64,000 bases of DNA from Acidimicrobiia bacterium. GTDB lineage: Bacteria; Actinomycetota; Acidimicrobiia; Spongiisociales; ZC4RG35. Location: the NCBI GenBank assembly GCA_041747375.1, contig JBGTFH010000003.1:8324-72323 (forward strand). Direction: 5' to 3'. Position numbers and translations under genes: made by a program. The notes beneath the pieces were generated by a model that did not search any database, was not told where the DNA came from, and was given only the letters and a program-made list of their open reading frames with translations. Positions 49,584 to 58,907 of this stretch are shown piece by piece; the first letter of the stretch is position 1; each line of letters starts with the position of its first letter.

Positions 49584-50069
49584 TCAGCGGAGCAATCGGC
49601 TGAGAACCGAGCTCAGATCCTCGACCACATAGCTGAAGAACCACAGGGCCACGTCCTCGTCTTCATCGAGCTTTTCCATATCTTCGGCAACCTCGATTCC
49701 GTGGCGAGCGGCGAAGACCAGGCGTCCCTGGTTCACCACGCGGAGAAATGAGCGCGCCTCTTCCAAGGTGAGCAGGGACTCGGATTCGGCCACAACACGA
49801 TCGAACACGGCGCGGTCGTCGTTTTTTGCCTGCTCCAACTGATCTCCCATCAATCGCCACCACTCACCGGAAGCGGCGTCGTCGCCGAGGTAAACGGGGG
49901 GATGGAGCCGCACGTATCCTGGATCCGCTTTGTCGGCCTCGAGGGTATCGAGCCCCGAAACGACCCTGGCGAGCAGCGCCCTCTCGCCCGGCAACAAAGC
50001 GATACTGATCTTGCGATCACGGGTGCTAGAAAACCTGGTTTCCACTATTGCTGCTCGATAGTTGCCCAC
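49584..50069 (-). CDS. DUF2017 domain protein (ClpS-linked)
   Basis: 161 aa immediately downstream of and overlapping clpS, the conserved actinobacterial pairing. Confidence 0.6.
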   Translation of the reverse strand: MGNYRAAIVETRFSSTRDRKISIALLPGERALLARVVSGLDTLEADKADPGYVRLHPPVYLGDDAASGEWWRLMGDQLEQAKNDDRAVFDRVVAESESLLTLEEARSFLRVVNQGRLVFAARHGIEVAEDMEKLDEDEDVALWFFSYVVEDLSSVLSRLLR

Positions 50070-50332
50070 AGCCCGAAAGAGTGGAGCTGATAGCAGTCGA
50101 CCTCCATCTTTTCCCGCGGACCGTCGTTGACTGCTGCGCGCCCCTCGTTGTGGACCTGCATCGTCAGCTTGGTTGCCTTTCGTTTCGAATATCCGAAGAT
50201 CTCCCGGAAGACGTAGATGACGTAGTTGATCGTGTTGACCGGGTCATCCCAGACGATCACCTGCCACGGACGCTGATCCTCGACCGCACTTTCGGTTCCG
50301 TGCTCGATAACGGGAGTCGGCAGTGTCATCAT
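50045..50332 (-). CDS. clpS: ATP-dependent Clp protease adaptor ClpS
   Basis: 95 aa with the ClpS core ([20 protein letters not shown]...[16 protein letters not shown]). Confidence 0.85.
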   Translation of the reverse strand: MMTLPTPVIEHGTESAVEDQRPWQVIVWDDPVNTINYVIYVFREIFGYSKRKATKLTMQVHNEGRAAVNDGPREKMEVDCYQLHSFGLWATIEQQ

Positions 50333-50341
50333 CTCAGTGGT

Positions 50342-50899
50342 CTAGCTGTCGACGAGGGCGGAAGCTCCGAACACTGTTCCCTCACACCTGAGTACCGCTT
50401 CGGGAAGATCGGCGTCGTTGTATGGGATCTCCGCACCCGGATAGGGCGATCCGATGCCGATGAACCCGGGTATGGGGTCGGGAAAGTCCTCGACGCCCCG
50501 GGCTCGCAGACACCTGGAAAACGCCTCCAATTGGCCGACCACGTCGTCGCGGTAGGAGCTGTCGTAACCGAGGTCGAGGGCGCCCTCGGATAAGAAACTG
50601 GCACATTGGGATAGGGCTTCGGTGGTCGCCGGATCGGAATAGTCGAGATGTTCACTCATCACCTCGAGACGGGGCCGGCCGTCGGCGTCGAAAGGAATCT
50701 CCACGATTTCTATCCCGTTTTCTCCCATGCACGCGACAAAGTCGGCGGTCGCTGCAACTCCGTCTACAGGTGGCGTGGTGGTGGTCGTGGTGGTCACAAT
50801 TGATGTCGCGACCGACGGTTCGGCGTTGTTGCATCCGGCGACGACCACAGCCACCACGACGAGTGCGAACAGCACTCGGTGTCTAACCATCGCTGTCAC
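50342..50899 (-). CDS. lipoprotein, hypothetical (Cys-containing secreted domain)
   Basis: 185 aa with lipobox VVAGC and a poly-Thr linker. Confidence 0.45.
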   Translation of the reverse strand: MTAMVRHRVLFALVVVAVVVAGCNNAEPSVATSIVTTTTTTTPPVDGVAATADFVACMGENGIEIVEIPFDADGRPRLEVMSEHLDYSDPATTEALSQCASFLSEGALDLGYDSSYRDDVVGQLEAFSRCLRARGVEDFPDPIPGFIGIGSPYPGAEIPYNDADLPEAVLRCEGTVFGASALVDS

Positions 50900-53081
50900 C
50901 GCGCGGGATCAGCCCATCCGCGAGAATCATGGCGATGTCTCGAACCGGGACGTCACTTCGATTGAGTTCCTTGACCCCGTCATCGAGCATTACGAAGCAG
51001 AAGGGACATGCAATAGCAATCTCGTCGGCCCCCGTTGCCAGGGCTTCTTCGGCTCTCTCGATGTTGACCTTTTTGCCGGTCTGCTCCTCCATCCAGAATC
51101 GGGCACCACCGGCTCCACAACAGAGTGCCCTAGTTCCGTGTCGGGGCATTTCAACCACGTCGATTCCCCCTGCAGCAGCGAGGACCTCTCTAGGGGCGAC
51201 GTAGATGTCGTTGTGGCGGCCTAGATAGCAGGGATCGTGATACGCGATCTTTTTCCGCTCGCCATCCGCTTTCAGCGGTTCGGGAAGTCGTCCTTGCGCC
51301 ATCAACTCGACCAGAAGCTGGCTGTGATGCACAACCTCGTAGTCGCCGCCGAATTGCGGATACTCGTTGGCGATCGTATTGAAACAATGAGCGCATTGGG
51401 TGATCACCTTCTTCACACCGATGTTGTCGAAGGTCTCTATGTTCTGAATCGCCAGTTGTTGAAAGACGAATTCATTCCCCGAGCGACGGGCCGGGTCGCC
51501 ATTGCAGAGCTCACGCCTCGCCAGGATCGCGAAATCGATTTCCGCGGTATGGAGCAGCCTCGCCAGTGCGACCGAGACCGCGGTGTTCCGATCGTCAAAC
51601 GACCCTGCGCAGCCCACAAACCACAAATACTCGGCAGACTCCTTGCCGTTCTCACCGAACACGGGGACTTCGAAGTCGAGTTCGGATGTCCAATCGCCCC
51701 GCGCCTGTTGGCTGAGTCCCCAGGGGTTGGATTGGTTCTCCATCGCCACGAATGCCTTACCGAGCTCGGCCGGGAAGTCGGACTCCATCAACGTGAGATG
51801 ACGCCGCATATCGAGAATGCGGTCGACGATTTCGATATCGACCGGGCAGATCTCATCGCAAGCCCGACAGGTGGTGCAGGCAAACACCTCCTCGGCGGTG
51901 ATCCGATCAAACAGGCCTGCATCCGCCGCCAACACCGCCAGAGACCCGACGGGTGGAGCGACACCGCTGTTGGCCGCGGCGACCTCCCCGCTCTTGAGGA
52001 CCATTTCCCGGGGGTCGAGCGGCTTCCCGGTGATATTTGCCGGGCACACCGAGGTGCACCGGCCACAAATCGTGCACGCGTCTGTATCAAAAATCTGCTT
52101 CCAGGTGAGGTCGCTGGCAAGCGCGGCGCCGATGCTCTCGATGTCCTCGGCCTCGAGGAGGTTTGGCATCGGCCGCATCGCTCCTTTGGGTCGATCGTGC
52201 GCGCTCAGGAACAGGTTCACCGGCGAAGTGAACATGTGCCGGAGCTTGGTCACCGGCAGGACAACCAGGAACAACAGGAACGATGCGACATGGGTGATCC
52301 ACATGGCGAGGTGAATCTCGCTGGCCGCCGACTCCGGCAGCAAGGCCGACAACGGGTATCCGACGAAGGACCAGACTTCGAAGGCCGGGCGGCCGACGAG
52401 CGAGATGCGCGCCGCCTCCGTCAACAGGCCGGTGATGCCGATCATGGCCAGGGTTATCAGGATCAATATGTCTTCTGGCTTGGTCTTCGAGCGTGTCCGC
52501 CAGGGTCGGACCCCGTAACGGAGTACCACGGCGAATCCGATACCACCCAGGTACACGAGAGACGCCAGATCCAGCACAGCCGAGTAGCCCTGATAGAACC
52601 ATCCATGGAGGAACTTGAGATTCCCGGGAAGAATGTGATCGATCTCGAGCGTCACCGTGCCCAGGAACAGGACTACGAACCCGTAATAGATCATCGCATG
52701 CATGACCCCGGATCGTGGATCCCTCATCAGAGTCTTCATCCGCAAGCCCTGGCTCAAACGGCGGATCCGCTGGCGCCACTGTCCCCATCGGGGATCGGAG
52801 CCCCCCTGAAGCCAGGAAGCGGATCGAACCGCCAGGAGATGGACCATCAGCCAGATGAATCCAGCCACCGTGAAGTAGAAGAGAACGACCACGAACGCGG
52901 GTACGTTTCCAAATACCTCACGTCCGATCTCGAAGTCGGGCTCCTCCGGGATAGTGCCTAGAACGCCCAAAGCAATTGTTCCGACCGCGAATACGATCCC
53001 CAGAGTCTCGATGATCGCCGGAACCAGACTGCGACGGGTGGTCGCGTCCCGGGTCTCCTGTTTCACGGCGGTATCGGTCAT
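50883..53081 (-). CDS. membrane-anchored Fe-S oxidoreductase (NarI-like cytochrome b domain + 4Fe-4S ferredoxin + CCG domains; Rv0338c/HdrD/GlpC-like)
   Basis: 732 aa with an N-terminal five-TM domain, two CxxCxxCxxxCP motifs and two CCG cysteine-rich domains. Confidence 0.75.
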   Translation of the reverse strand: MTDTAVKQETRDATTRRSLVPAIIETLGIVFAVGTIALGVLGTIPEEPDFEIGREVFGNVPAFVVVLFYFTVAGFIWLMVHLLAVRSASWLQGGSDPRWGQWRQRIRRLSQGLRMKTLMRDPRSGVMHAMIYYGFVVLFLGTVTLEIDHILPGNLKFLHGWFYQGYSAVLDLASLVYLGGIGFAVVLRYGVRPWRTRSKTKPEDILILITLAMIGITGLLTEAARISLVGRPAFEVWSFVGYPLSALLPESAASEIHLAMWITHVASFLLFLVVLPVTKLRHMFTSPVNLFLSAHDRPKGAMRPMPNLLEAEDIESIGAALASDLTWKQIFDTDACTICGRCTSVCPANITGKPLDPREMVLKSGEVAAANSGVAPPVGSLAVLAADAGLFDRITAEEVFACTTCRACDEICPVDIEIVDRILDMRRHLTLMESDFPAELGKAFVAMENQSNPWGLSQQARGDWTSELDFEVPVFGENGKESAEYLWFVGCAGSFDDRNTAVSVALARLLHTAEIDFAILARRELCNGDPARRSGNEFVFQQLAIQNIETFDNIGVKKVITQCAHCFNTIANEYPQFGGDYEVVHHSQLLVELMAQGRLPEPLKADGERKKIAYHDPCYLGRHNDIYVAPREVLAAAGGIDVVEMPRHGTRALCCGAGGARFWMEEQTGKKVNIERAEEALATGADEIAIACPFCFVMLDDGVKELNRSDVPVRDIAMILADGLIPRGDSDG

Positions 53082-53282
53082 CGCGACGGAGTGTATTACG
53101 CGTAACGCCTATTACCCGACGACGTCACGCCCGTCTCCATCCTCAACACCGGCCAGCCAAAATTCGACCTTTATCAGTCAGTTCGAGATGCATTCGATAA
53201 TTATCGAATTTATCTTGACATGGGAATAAATATAGAATACAGTGGCGTTCGATAAGTTTCGAATGGAACATGAGATTTCAAA
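53082..53282. promoter_or_regulatory. AT-rich promoter region: consensus-like TTGACA-17-TACAGT flanked by TTCGATAATTATCGAA and TTCGATAAGTTTCGAA palindromes, plus TTACGCGTAA
   Basis: Roughly 45% GC against a roughly 67% background. One palindrome lies just upstream of -35 and the other overlaps +1 and the leader of the ArsR-like gene. Confidence 0.55.
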
Positions 53283-54431
53283 ATGGTTGAATTAGTAAAA
53301 CCCCAACAAAAGATCCGGGAGCTCACGAATTCGGCGCGCCGCATACCGATCGAGATCGATGGGGCCAGCACCTATGAAGTGGTCCTCACCATTTGGAGTG
53401 CCTTTTCCAGCAAGCACGACGGGGAGAACCTCGATGTCGGGGCAGACTGGATCGCAGACATCGTTTCCTCCACCCCCGACGACCTCGACGCCGAACTCCG
53501 ACTCCTCGGTGGGCCGCATTGCAGCATCTGGCTGAGTGTGCTCGGCCTTATCGCCATCGCCCCCCACCCCCACGACCCCGAAAGTGTCCTGTCATGGATG
53601 AAGCAGCTGAATCCGGACCGACTCCGGCGTTGGATCCTCGGATACATCGGCCAGCAGGCCGCCGACTACAACCTTTCGGACGCTCCGTCGGCCTCTCTGG
53701 TCGAGGAAGCCGCCTCGGGTGACTCCGGCGCCCTGCTCACCGTGCTCGGTAACGGCAAGGAACCCGCCGAGCGCGACGAGTTCGTCGAGTTATTCACCAT
53801 GGAGCCGGACGAGTACAGAGACCGCCTCGTTGATGCACTGTCCCGATTCAACGACGAAGTGTTTTCCCGACACCACGAAGAATTCGGATCAGCGATTTCC
53901 CGGGCAGCCACAGCTCGCCGGGCGATGGCGACCCGTGACAGTGCCAAGGATGTGATCGAGCAGGTGACCAACGGATTGGACTACGAGATCCCATTCGGGG
54001 TAACCCGGGTAGTGCTGATCCCCTCAGTCGTCCTCCGGCCCCTCTCTCTTATCGACAGGCATCGAGAGATGCTCTTGGTCTTCTATGCGCTCGCTGATGA
54101 CTTCTTGATCAACAATCCGGAAGCGCCACCGGCCTGGATGGTGAAGTTCTACAAGGCCATGAGTGACGAGAAGCGGCTACGAATCCTCCGCCGTTTGTCC
54201 GAGGGAGACACCTCGCTCGACGAACTGACCACGATGCTCGATATCTCGAAGTCGACAGTCCATCACCACATAACGATTTTGAGGGCTGCCGGTCTGATTC
54301 GAATTCAGATCAGGCCCAACGAGGAAGGCAAAGAAGCGAAGTGTTACGGACTTCGGCCGCAAGCCTTCGAGGATGCCTCCGCATTCTTGGAGAGCTACAT
54401 GCGGCCCGTCCCCGAAACCGCACTCGCCTGA
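53283..54431 (+). CDS. ArsR-type HTH regulator with about 300-aa uncharacterised N-terminal domain
   Basis: C-terminus LRILRRLSEGDTSLDELTTMLDISKSTVHHHITILRAAGLI is an ArsR winged helix. The N-terminal domain has no recognisable motifs, and the 5' end is AT-rich. Confidence 0.6.
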   Translation: MVELVKPQQKIRELTNSARRIPIEIDGASTYEVVLTIWSAFSSKHDGENLDVGADWIADIVSSTPDDLDAELRLLGGPHCSIWLSVLGLIAIAPHPHDPESVLSWMKQLNPDRLRRWILGYIGQQAADYNLSDAPSASLVEEAASGDSGALLTVLGNGKEPAERDEFVELFTMEPDEYRDRLVDALSRFNDEVFSRHHEEFGSAISRAATARRAMATRDSAKDVIEQVTNGLDYEIPFGVTRVVLIPSVVLRPLSLIDRHREMLLVFYALADDFLINNPEAPPAWMVKFYKAMSDEKRLRILRRLSEGDTSLDELTTMLDISKSTVHHHITILRAAGLIRIQIRPNEEGKEAKCYGLRPQAFEDASAFLESYMRPVPETALA

Positions 54432-54457
54432 ACTGGAGAAAGAAAGTGAACCCTTTT

Positions 54458-54661
54458 ATGTACAACGAAGAAACCAACTACCGGATGGAATTACTCCAGA
54501 CGTCGGCCAATCACAGACGTATGGCAAACGCCGCAAAGGCGCACGCCATGCACCGGGGCCACTCCTTGCGAGGGGCACTCGGAAACGGACTCATCGCCCT
54601 CGGATCGAAGCTAACCGTACCTCCCACGGGCGAAAGCTTCGATTACGACAAGGCTGCATGA
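54458..54661 (+). CDS. small hypothetical protein (67 aa, His/Ala-rich)
   Basis: ATG sits behind a purine-rich stretch (ggagaaagaaag). A perfect 13-bp hairpin (54678..54707) follows it. Confidence 0.25.
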   Translation: MYNEETNYRMELLQTSANHRRMANAAKAHAMHRGHSLRGALGNGLIALGSKLTVPPTGESFDYDKAA

Positions 54662-54677
54662 GTTTCGTCCTACAGGT

Positions 54678-54707
54678 GGATTTGGACCACTCAGGTGGTC
54701 CAAATCC
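54678..54707. terminator. perfect hairpin GGATTTGGACCAC-TCAG-GTGGTCCAAATCC
   Basis: 13-bp arms with a 4-nt loop, directly 3' of the small ORF. Confidence 0.5.
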
Positions 54708-54720
54708 CCACTCAAGCGGG

Positions 54721-54928
54721 TCTTGTTCCTTCCCCTCTGGGGAAGGTGGATCCGCCGCTTGCGGCGGAGACGGATGGGGACCCCAAAGCACCCACACAAG
54801 CTCTATGCGCGACATTCTCACACCCCCTCCGCCCATTCCTATTCGGAATGGCCACCTCCCCCGTTCGGCTCCGCCTCCGGGGACGGAATCGGAACGCGGC
54901 TCCGCCTCCGGGGAAGGAATAGGAACTA
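54721..54928 (+). repeat. MITE/REP-like structured repeat, copy A (about 208 bp)
   Basis: Begins tcttgTTCCTTCCCC and ends GGGGAAGGAAtaggaac (terminal inverted repeat). Internal hairpins are ccttcccc-tct-ggggaagg, tccgccgc-tt-gcggcgga and ccattcc-tattc-ggaatgg. A 25-nt internal tandem duplication reads gcggctccgcctccgggga(a/c)ggaat(a/c)ggaac. Confidence 0.7.
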
Positions 54929-54936
54929 ATCCCGGG

Positions 54937-55145
54937 TCTTATTCCTTCCCCTCTGGGGAAGGTGGCTCCGCCGCTTGCGGCGGAGACGGATCGGGACCCT
55001 AAAGCACCCACGCAAGCTCTACGCGCGATCTTCTCCGTCCCCCTCCGTCTCGATCCAAGGCGATCGAGCCACCTCCCCCGTTCGGCTCCGCCTCCGGGGA
55101 AGGATCAAGAACGCGGCTCCGCCTCCTGAGAAGGAATAGGAACTA
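54937..55145 (+). repeat. MITE/REP-like structured repeat, copy B (tandem with A, about 90% identical)
   Basis: Same architecture as copy A. Its 3' end supplies the last roughly 13 codons of the DUF559 gene. Confidence 0.7.
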
Positions 55146-55494
55146 GTTCATCTTCAAGCCGGCCCACCGTGTATGAAATAGTGTCCCGCACCATCTGGTT
55201 CGCGCTGAAGACCTCCCAAGACCAAAAGCGAAGAATCGTCCAACCTGCATCACGAAGGCGTTGATCTCTAATTCGGTCGTATTCGGAATCGCGGTGTTGA
55301 GATCCATCCGACTCAACAATCAGCATTATCGAGACACATGCAAAGTCCACGATGTAGCCGAGGACTACGTATTGGCGTCGGAACTTCACGCCGTAGCGAT
55401 GTCCCTTCAATTCCCACCACAGCCTCCTCTCGGCAAAGTTGAGCTTTCGTCGGTTGTCTCGTGCGTTGTCCGACAGTTCATCTATCCGTCTCAT
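55105..55494 (-). CDS. DUF559 (Vsr-like PD-(D/E)xK) endonuclease-domain protein
   Basis: ...LWWELKGHRYGVKFRRQYVVLGYIVDFACVSIMLIVESDGSQH...DAGWTILRFWSWEV matches the DUF559 consensus. Start taken at MRRIDE. Confidence 0.7.
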   Translation of the reverse strand: MRRIDELSDNARDNRRKLNFAERRLWWELKGHRYGVKFRRQYVVLGYIVDFACVSIMLIVESDGSQHRDSEYDRIRDQRLRDAGWTILRFWSWEVFSANQMVRDTISYTVGRLEDELVPIPSQEAEPRS

Positions 55495-55538
55495 GCTCGA
55501 GTGTCGCCGTTCAGCCAGAACATTGAAACCCCCTCGTC

Positions 55539-55612
55539 GGTTCCTGTTCCTTCCCCTTGGGGAAGGTGGCTCCGCCGCATCCCGGGTCCCGGGACGGATC
55601 AAGAACGGGCTA
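55539..55612 (+). repeat. partial third copy of the same repeat (about 75 bp)
   Basis: Reads ggttcctgttccttcccc-ttggggaaggtgg-ctccgccgc...ggacggatcaagaacgggct. It overlaps the 3' end of the proline dehydrogenase gene. Confidence 0.55.
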
Positions 55613-56521
55613 ACCGCCGAAAAGAGCTCTGGCGAAGAACCACATATTGGCCGGACGCTCGGCCATTCGCCGGGTTAGATAGGGGTACCACTGCGAGCCA
55701 AAAGGCAGATAGATCCGTACCGGGAAACCTTCGCTGACGAGTGACTCCTGCAGATCGGACCTGACTCCGTACAGCATCTGAAACTCGAAATAGCTGATTC
55801 TCTGCGGCGATAGCGATCGCGCTGCTTCGATGAGACGGGGGTCGTGGGTAGCGACCGCCGGTTTCGTTCCCTCGGCGGCCATCAACACCTTCAGGTATTC
55901 CTGATATGCCCCATCCACCGCCGCTTTCACACCGAGTGCCACCTCGCTCGATTCAACGTATGCCCCCTTGCACAATCGGATGTGTCCTCCCAGCGGAATC
56001 AGTCTCTCCAGGTCGTCGCGGGTTCGCTTCATATACGCCTGAATGGCTATCCCGAGATGCCCGATCGACTCTTGGACCTCGGCATAGATATCAACTGTCT
56101 GGCCGGTGAATCGAGAATCCTCCATGTCAATGGTCACGGTTGTGCCCGCCGCGGCCGCCCGACTGGCCAATTGCTCCACCGCGTGACGGGCCAGGCGTTC
56201 ATCGATGCTCAAACCCAACTGGGTCAGTTTCACGGAGATATTGGCGTCGAGGCCATCGACGTCGATGCGCTCCAGACAATCCATATATTCATGCAAGGCC
56301 GTCTCGGCGGAGACCTTGTCGTGGACTTCCTCACCCAGTAGGTCAAGGGAGAGGAGGAATCCCCGCTTGTTCAAATCCCGGCCGACGTCCACGGCCTCGT
56401 CAAGGGTGTCACCGGCCACGAACTTCTTGGCCAGTGCGAGTCCCGGTTTGGTTTCGGTGATCAGTGACTTCACAGGACGGGCCGCCGTCGCACCTACTAC
56501 AGCCCTGGTAAAGATGGTCAA
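55610..56521 (-). CDS. proline dehydrogenase (monofunctional PRODH)
   Basis: 303 aa with a PutA-type TIM-barrel PRODH signature (...RIYLPFG..WYPYLTRR..E...). Confidence 0.75.
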   Translation of the reverse strand: MTIFTRAVVGATAARPVKSLITETKPGLALAKKFVAGDTLDEAVDVGRDLNKRGFLLSLDLLGEEVHDKVSAETALHEYMDCLERIDVDGLDANISVKLTQLGLSIDERLARHAVEQLASRAAAAGTTVTIDMEDSRFTGQTVDIYAEVQESIGHLGIAIQAYMKRTRDDLERLIPLGGHIRLCKGAYVESSEVALGVKAAVDGAYQEYLKVLMAAEGTKPAVATHDPRLIEAARSLSPQRISYFEFQMLYGVRSDLQESLVSEGFPVRIYLPFGSQWYPYLTRRMAERPANMWFFARALFGG

Positions 56522-57330
56522 GTACCGCCGCCGAGTTCTCGCGCTCTGACTGCGGCCGCCTGGACTGCGTCCTCGACGAGCGCCCTGAACCCGCGTTCCT
56601 CGAGTACGTGCACTGCAGCAGCGGTGGTCCCGCCGGGTGAGGTGACCTGCGCACGCAGTTCTGAGGGAGTCAAATCGGTAGCGGTGAGGAGGCGGCCGGC
56701 ACCCTGGACAGTCTGATTGACAAACGTCTCCGCAATGTCCCTGGGCAGCCCTTCGCGAACGGCGGCATCCGTCAGCGCCTCGGCGAGGAGAAAGATGTAT
56801 GCCGGGCCCGTACCGGAAACTGCGGTCACCGCATCCAGGAGCGATTCGTCCATTGCTTTCACGGTCCCTACAGCACCGAGAACGGTCATGGCCCTTTCCA
56901 AATCCTCTTCTCCGGCGCGCGAACCCGGAGCGACCCCGGTGACCCCTTCCCCGACCAGGGCGGGCGTGTTGGGCATGGCGCGAATTATCGGGTTCCGGTC
57001 CAACCAGCCTTCATAAGAGGCAGTGGTGACGCCTGCGGCGAGCGAGAGCACCACCTGCTCGGGACTGAGGGCGTGGCCGATCTCGGCGACCAGGAGTTCG
57101 ACATCATGGGGTTTGACAGCAACGACAACCACTTCGCGGCCCCGTATCGCCTCTTTGGGATCGAGCGTCGTCATGCAACCGGTTTGACTTGTCAGAATGT
57201 CGACCCGATCCAGGCGGCGGACGCAAAGGGAAACCTCTGCGGGCTCCCAGCCGGCGCGGATCAACCCTGAAGCGAGGGCGCCACCCATCGCTCCGACACC
57301 GAGCACCGCAACCGAGGGACGATCAGACAT
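56518..57330 (-). CDS. proC: pyrroline-5-carboxylate reductase
   Basis: 270 aa with NADP-binding VLGVGAMGGAL and a P5CR dimerisation domain. Confidence 0.8.
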   Translation of the reverse strand: MSDRPSVAVLGVGAMGGALASGLIRAGWEPAEVSLCVRRLDRVDILTSQTGCMTTLDPKEAIRGREVVVVAVKPHDVELLVAEIGHALSPEQVVLSLAAGVTTASYEGWLDRNPIIRAMPNTPALVGEGVTGVAPGSRAGEEDLERAMTVLGAVGTVKAMDESLLDAVTAVSGTGPAYIFLLAEALTDAAVREGLPRDIAETFVNQTVQGAGRLLTATDLTPSELRAQVTSPGGTTAAAVHVLEERGFRALVEDAVQAAAVRARELGGGT

Positions 57331-57357
57331 GATCAGCGAGTATATGGTCGATGACGT

Positions 57358-57993
57358 CTACTTCAGCCTGGAACGGATCAATTCGACGACGGTGGCGACG
57401 GCTGCCGGATTGGCACCTTCGGGGATTATCAAATCGGCATACCGCTTCGATGGCTCGACAAACTCGAGGTGCATCGGCCGAACGGTCGAAAAGTACTGGT
57501 CGACGACGCTATCCAGGCTCCTCCCCCGTTCTTCGATATCTCGTTGGATCCGGCGGGCCAGACGGACATCCGGATCGGTGTCGACAAAGATCTTCAAGTC
57601 GAGCTCGCTCCTCAACTCGGGTTCGGCCAGCACCAGGATCCCCTCTACGAGTACCACGGGAGCCGGTTCGATTCTCACTGTTTGTTCGGAGCGGGCGTGG
57701 TTGGCAAAGTCGTAAACCGGCCGCTCCACCGCCACCCCGGAACGCAGCAACCCGAGATGTTCAATCAGCAGTTCGGTTTCGAGCGAAGACGGGTGGTCGT
57801 AATTCACCCGGGCCCGTTCTGCGAAGGAGAGCTGAGGCATATTGCGGTAGTAAGAATCGTGCTGGAGGTGCGAAACGGCGCCGGCAAGGCGGCCAATGAC
57901 GTTTTCAGCGACCGTGGACTTTCCTGACCCCGAACCGCCGGCGAGTCCGATGAACAAAGGGCGGTCAGGGACCCAGGGACTTCGCAGGGGCAT
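57358..57993 (-). CDS. udk: uridine kinase
   Basis: P-loop GLAGGSGSGKST with a Udk/PRK fold. Confidence 0.75.
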   Translation of the reverse strand: MPLRSPWVPDRPLFIGLAGGSGSGKSTVAENVIGRLAGAVSHLQHDSYYRNMPQLSFAERARVNYDHPSSLETELLIEHLGLLRSGVAVERPVYDFANHARSEQTVRIEPAPVVLVEGILVLAEPELRSELDLKIFVDTDPDVRLARRIQRDIEERGRSLDSVVDQYFSTVRPMHLEFVEPSKRYADLIIPEGANPAAVATVVELIRSRLK

Positions 57994-58008
57994 CGATAGA
58001 CGATACCG

Positions 58009-58818
58009 CTATTCGCTGACCTTGCTCCTCAGACGGCGAATGTCGTCATAAACGCCACCGGTCAGCGTTGTTGAGGCATCTGCGGACACTCCGCGTAGGT
58101 GCCCGGCATCGATCGGATGGGGAGAAGTGTCTGGTATCTCGATCTCGACCGCCACATCATCCCCATCGCGCTTCTCAGTGGGGGCTACTCCGCCCGCCAG
58201 CTGTTCGAGCCAACCTGACTCGTCGACCGACAGTTGGGTGTCGGGTGCTTCGTCGTCATCGCTAGGAGGAGGGGCAAGAAGACCCAGACTGTGAAGCGAG
58301 AAAATCATTCGAACGGCCGAGCCACGGCCGAATCGTTCTTCGAGGTCATCGATCGTGACCGGGGGGATCAGTCGGACGAGGTAGTGCCAGCTGCTGGGGT
58401 CCAGAGTGATCTTGGCGCCAATACTGTTAACGAGCCGGATGTCTCCCTCCATGACCCCCGCACCCGAGATCTCGGTCTCCAGGGCCCGCAACTCGGCGAC
58501 GCTGGCCGCGATCGTCTCGGCCTCATGCCCACCGGTTTCTGGCCCGTTGGCTGCCCCCATGGAGAAGGAGCCGGTGTCCTGGCTGCCGAGCACGAAGACG
58601 ATATCGGCGATCGTATCGGAGTCATCGCCGGCGTAGATTCCGCGAGGGCTGTGGAGTTCGGCACCTGTCAGCAGTCCGTCCCGAAAATGGATCCGACCTT
58701 TCCGGACACCAGAAATGTCGAGAGAGCCGGTCTTCTTCGTGACCTGCACAATTTGAATGAGATCATCAACGGACCAGTCTCCCAACTGCCCCGAAAGGTT
58801 CATGCCTTTTTCCATCAC
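58009..58818 (-). CDS. DUF4388 domain protein
   Basis: N-terminus LSGQLGDWSVDDLIQIVQVTKKTGSLDIS matches the DUF4388 signature. Confidence 0.5.
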   Translation of the reverse strand: MMEKGMNLSGQLGDWSVDDLIQIVQVTKKTGSLDISGVRKGRIHFRDGLLTGAELHSPRGIYAGDDSDTIADIVFVLGSQDTGSFSMGAANGPETGGHEAETIAASVAELRALETEISGAGVMEGDIRLVNSIGAKITLDPSSWHYLVRLIPPVTIDDLEERFGRGSAVRMIFSLHSLGLLAPPPSDDDEAPDTQLSVDESGWLEQLAGGVAPTEKRDGDDVAVEIEIPDTSPHPIDAGHLRGVSADASTTLTGGVYDDIRRLRSKVSE

Positions 58819-58907
58819 TCCTCGTTGATATTCCCGCGAGCCTCAAGTATCGGCACCACGACCGTTCGAGTTGAGAAAAAAATAGGTCTGAGTACCCAGA
58901 CGAGCTG

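Noticed and set aside
54373-55011. ORFs 54373..55002 (+), 54712..55011 (-), 54695..54922 reading through the tandem repeats
   Set aside because: They are created by the repeat units themselves (repetitive GGEGGSAACGGDG-like translation). There is no start context and they run in both orientations, so they are repeat artefacts.
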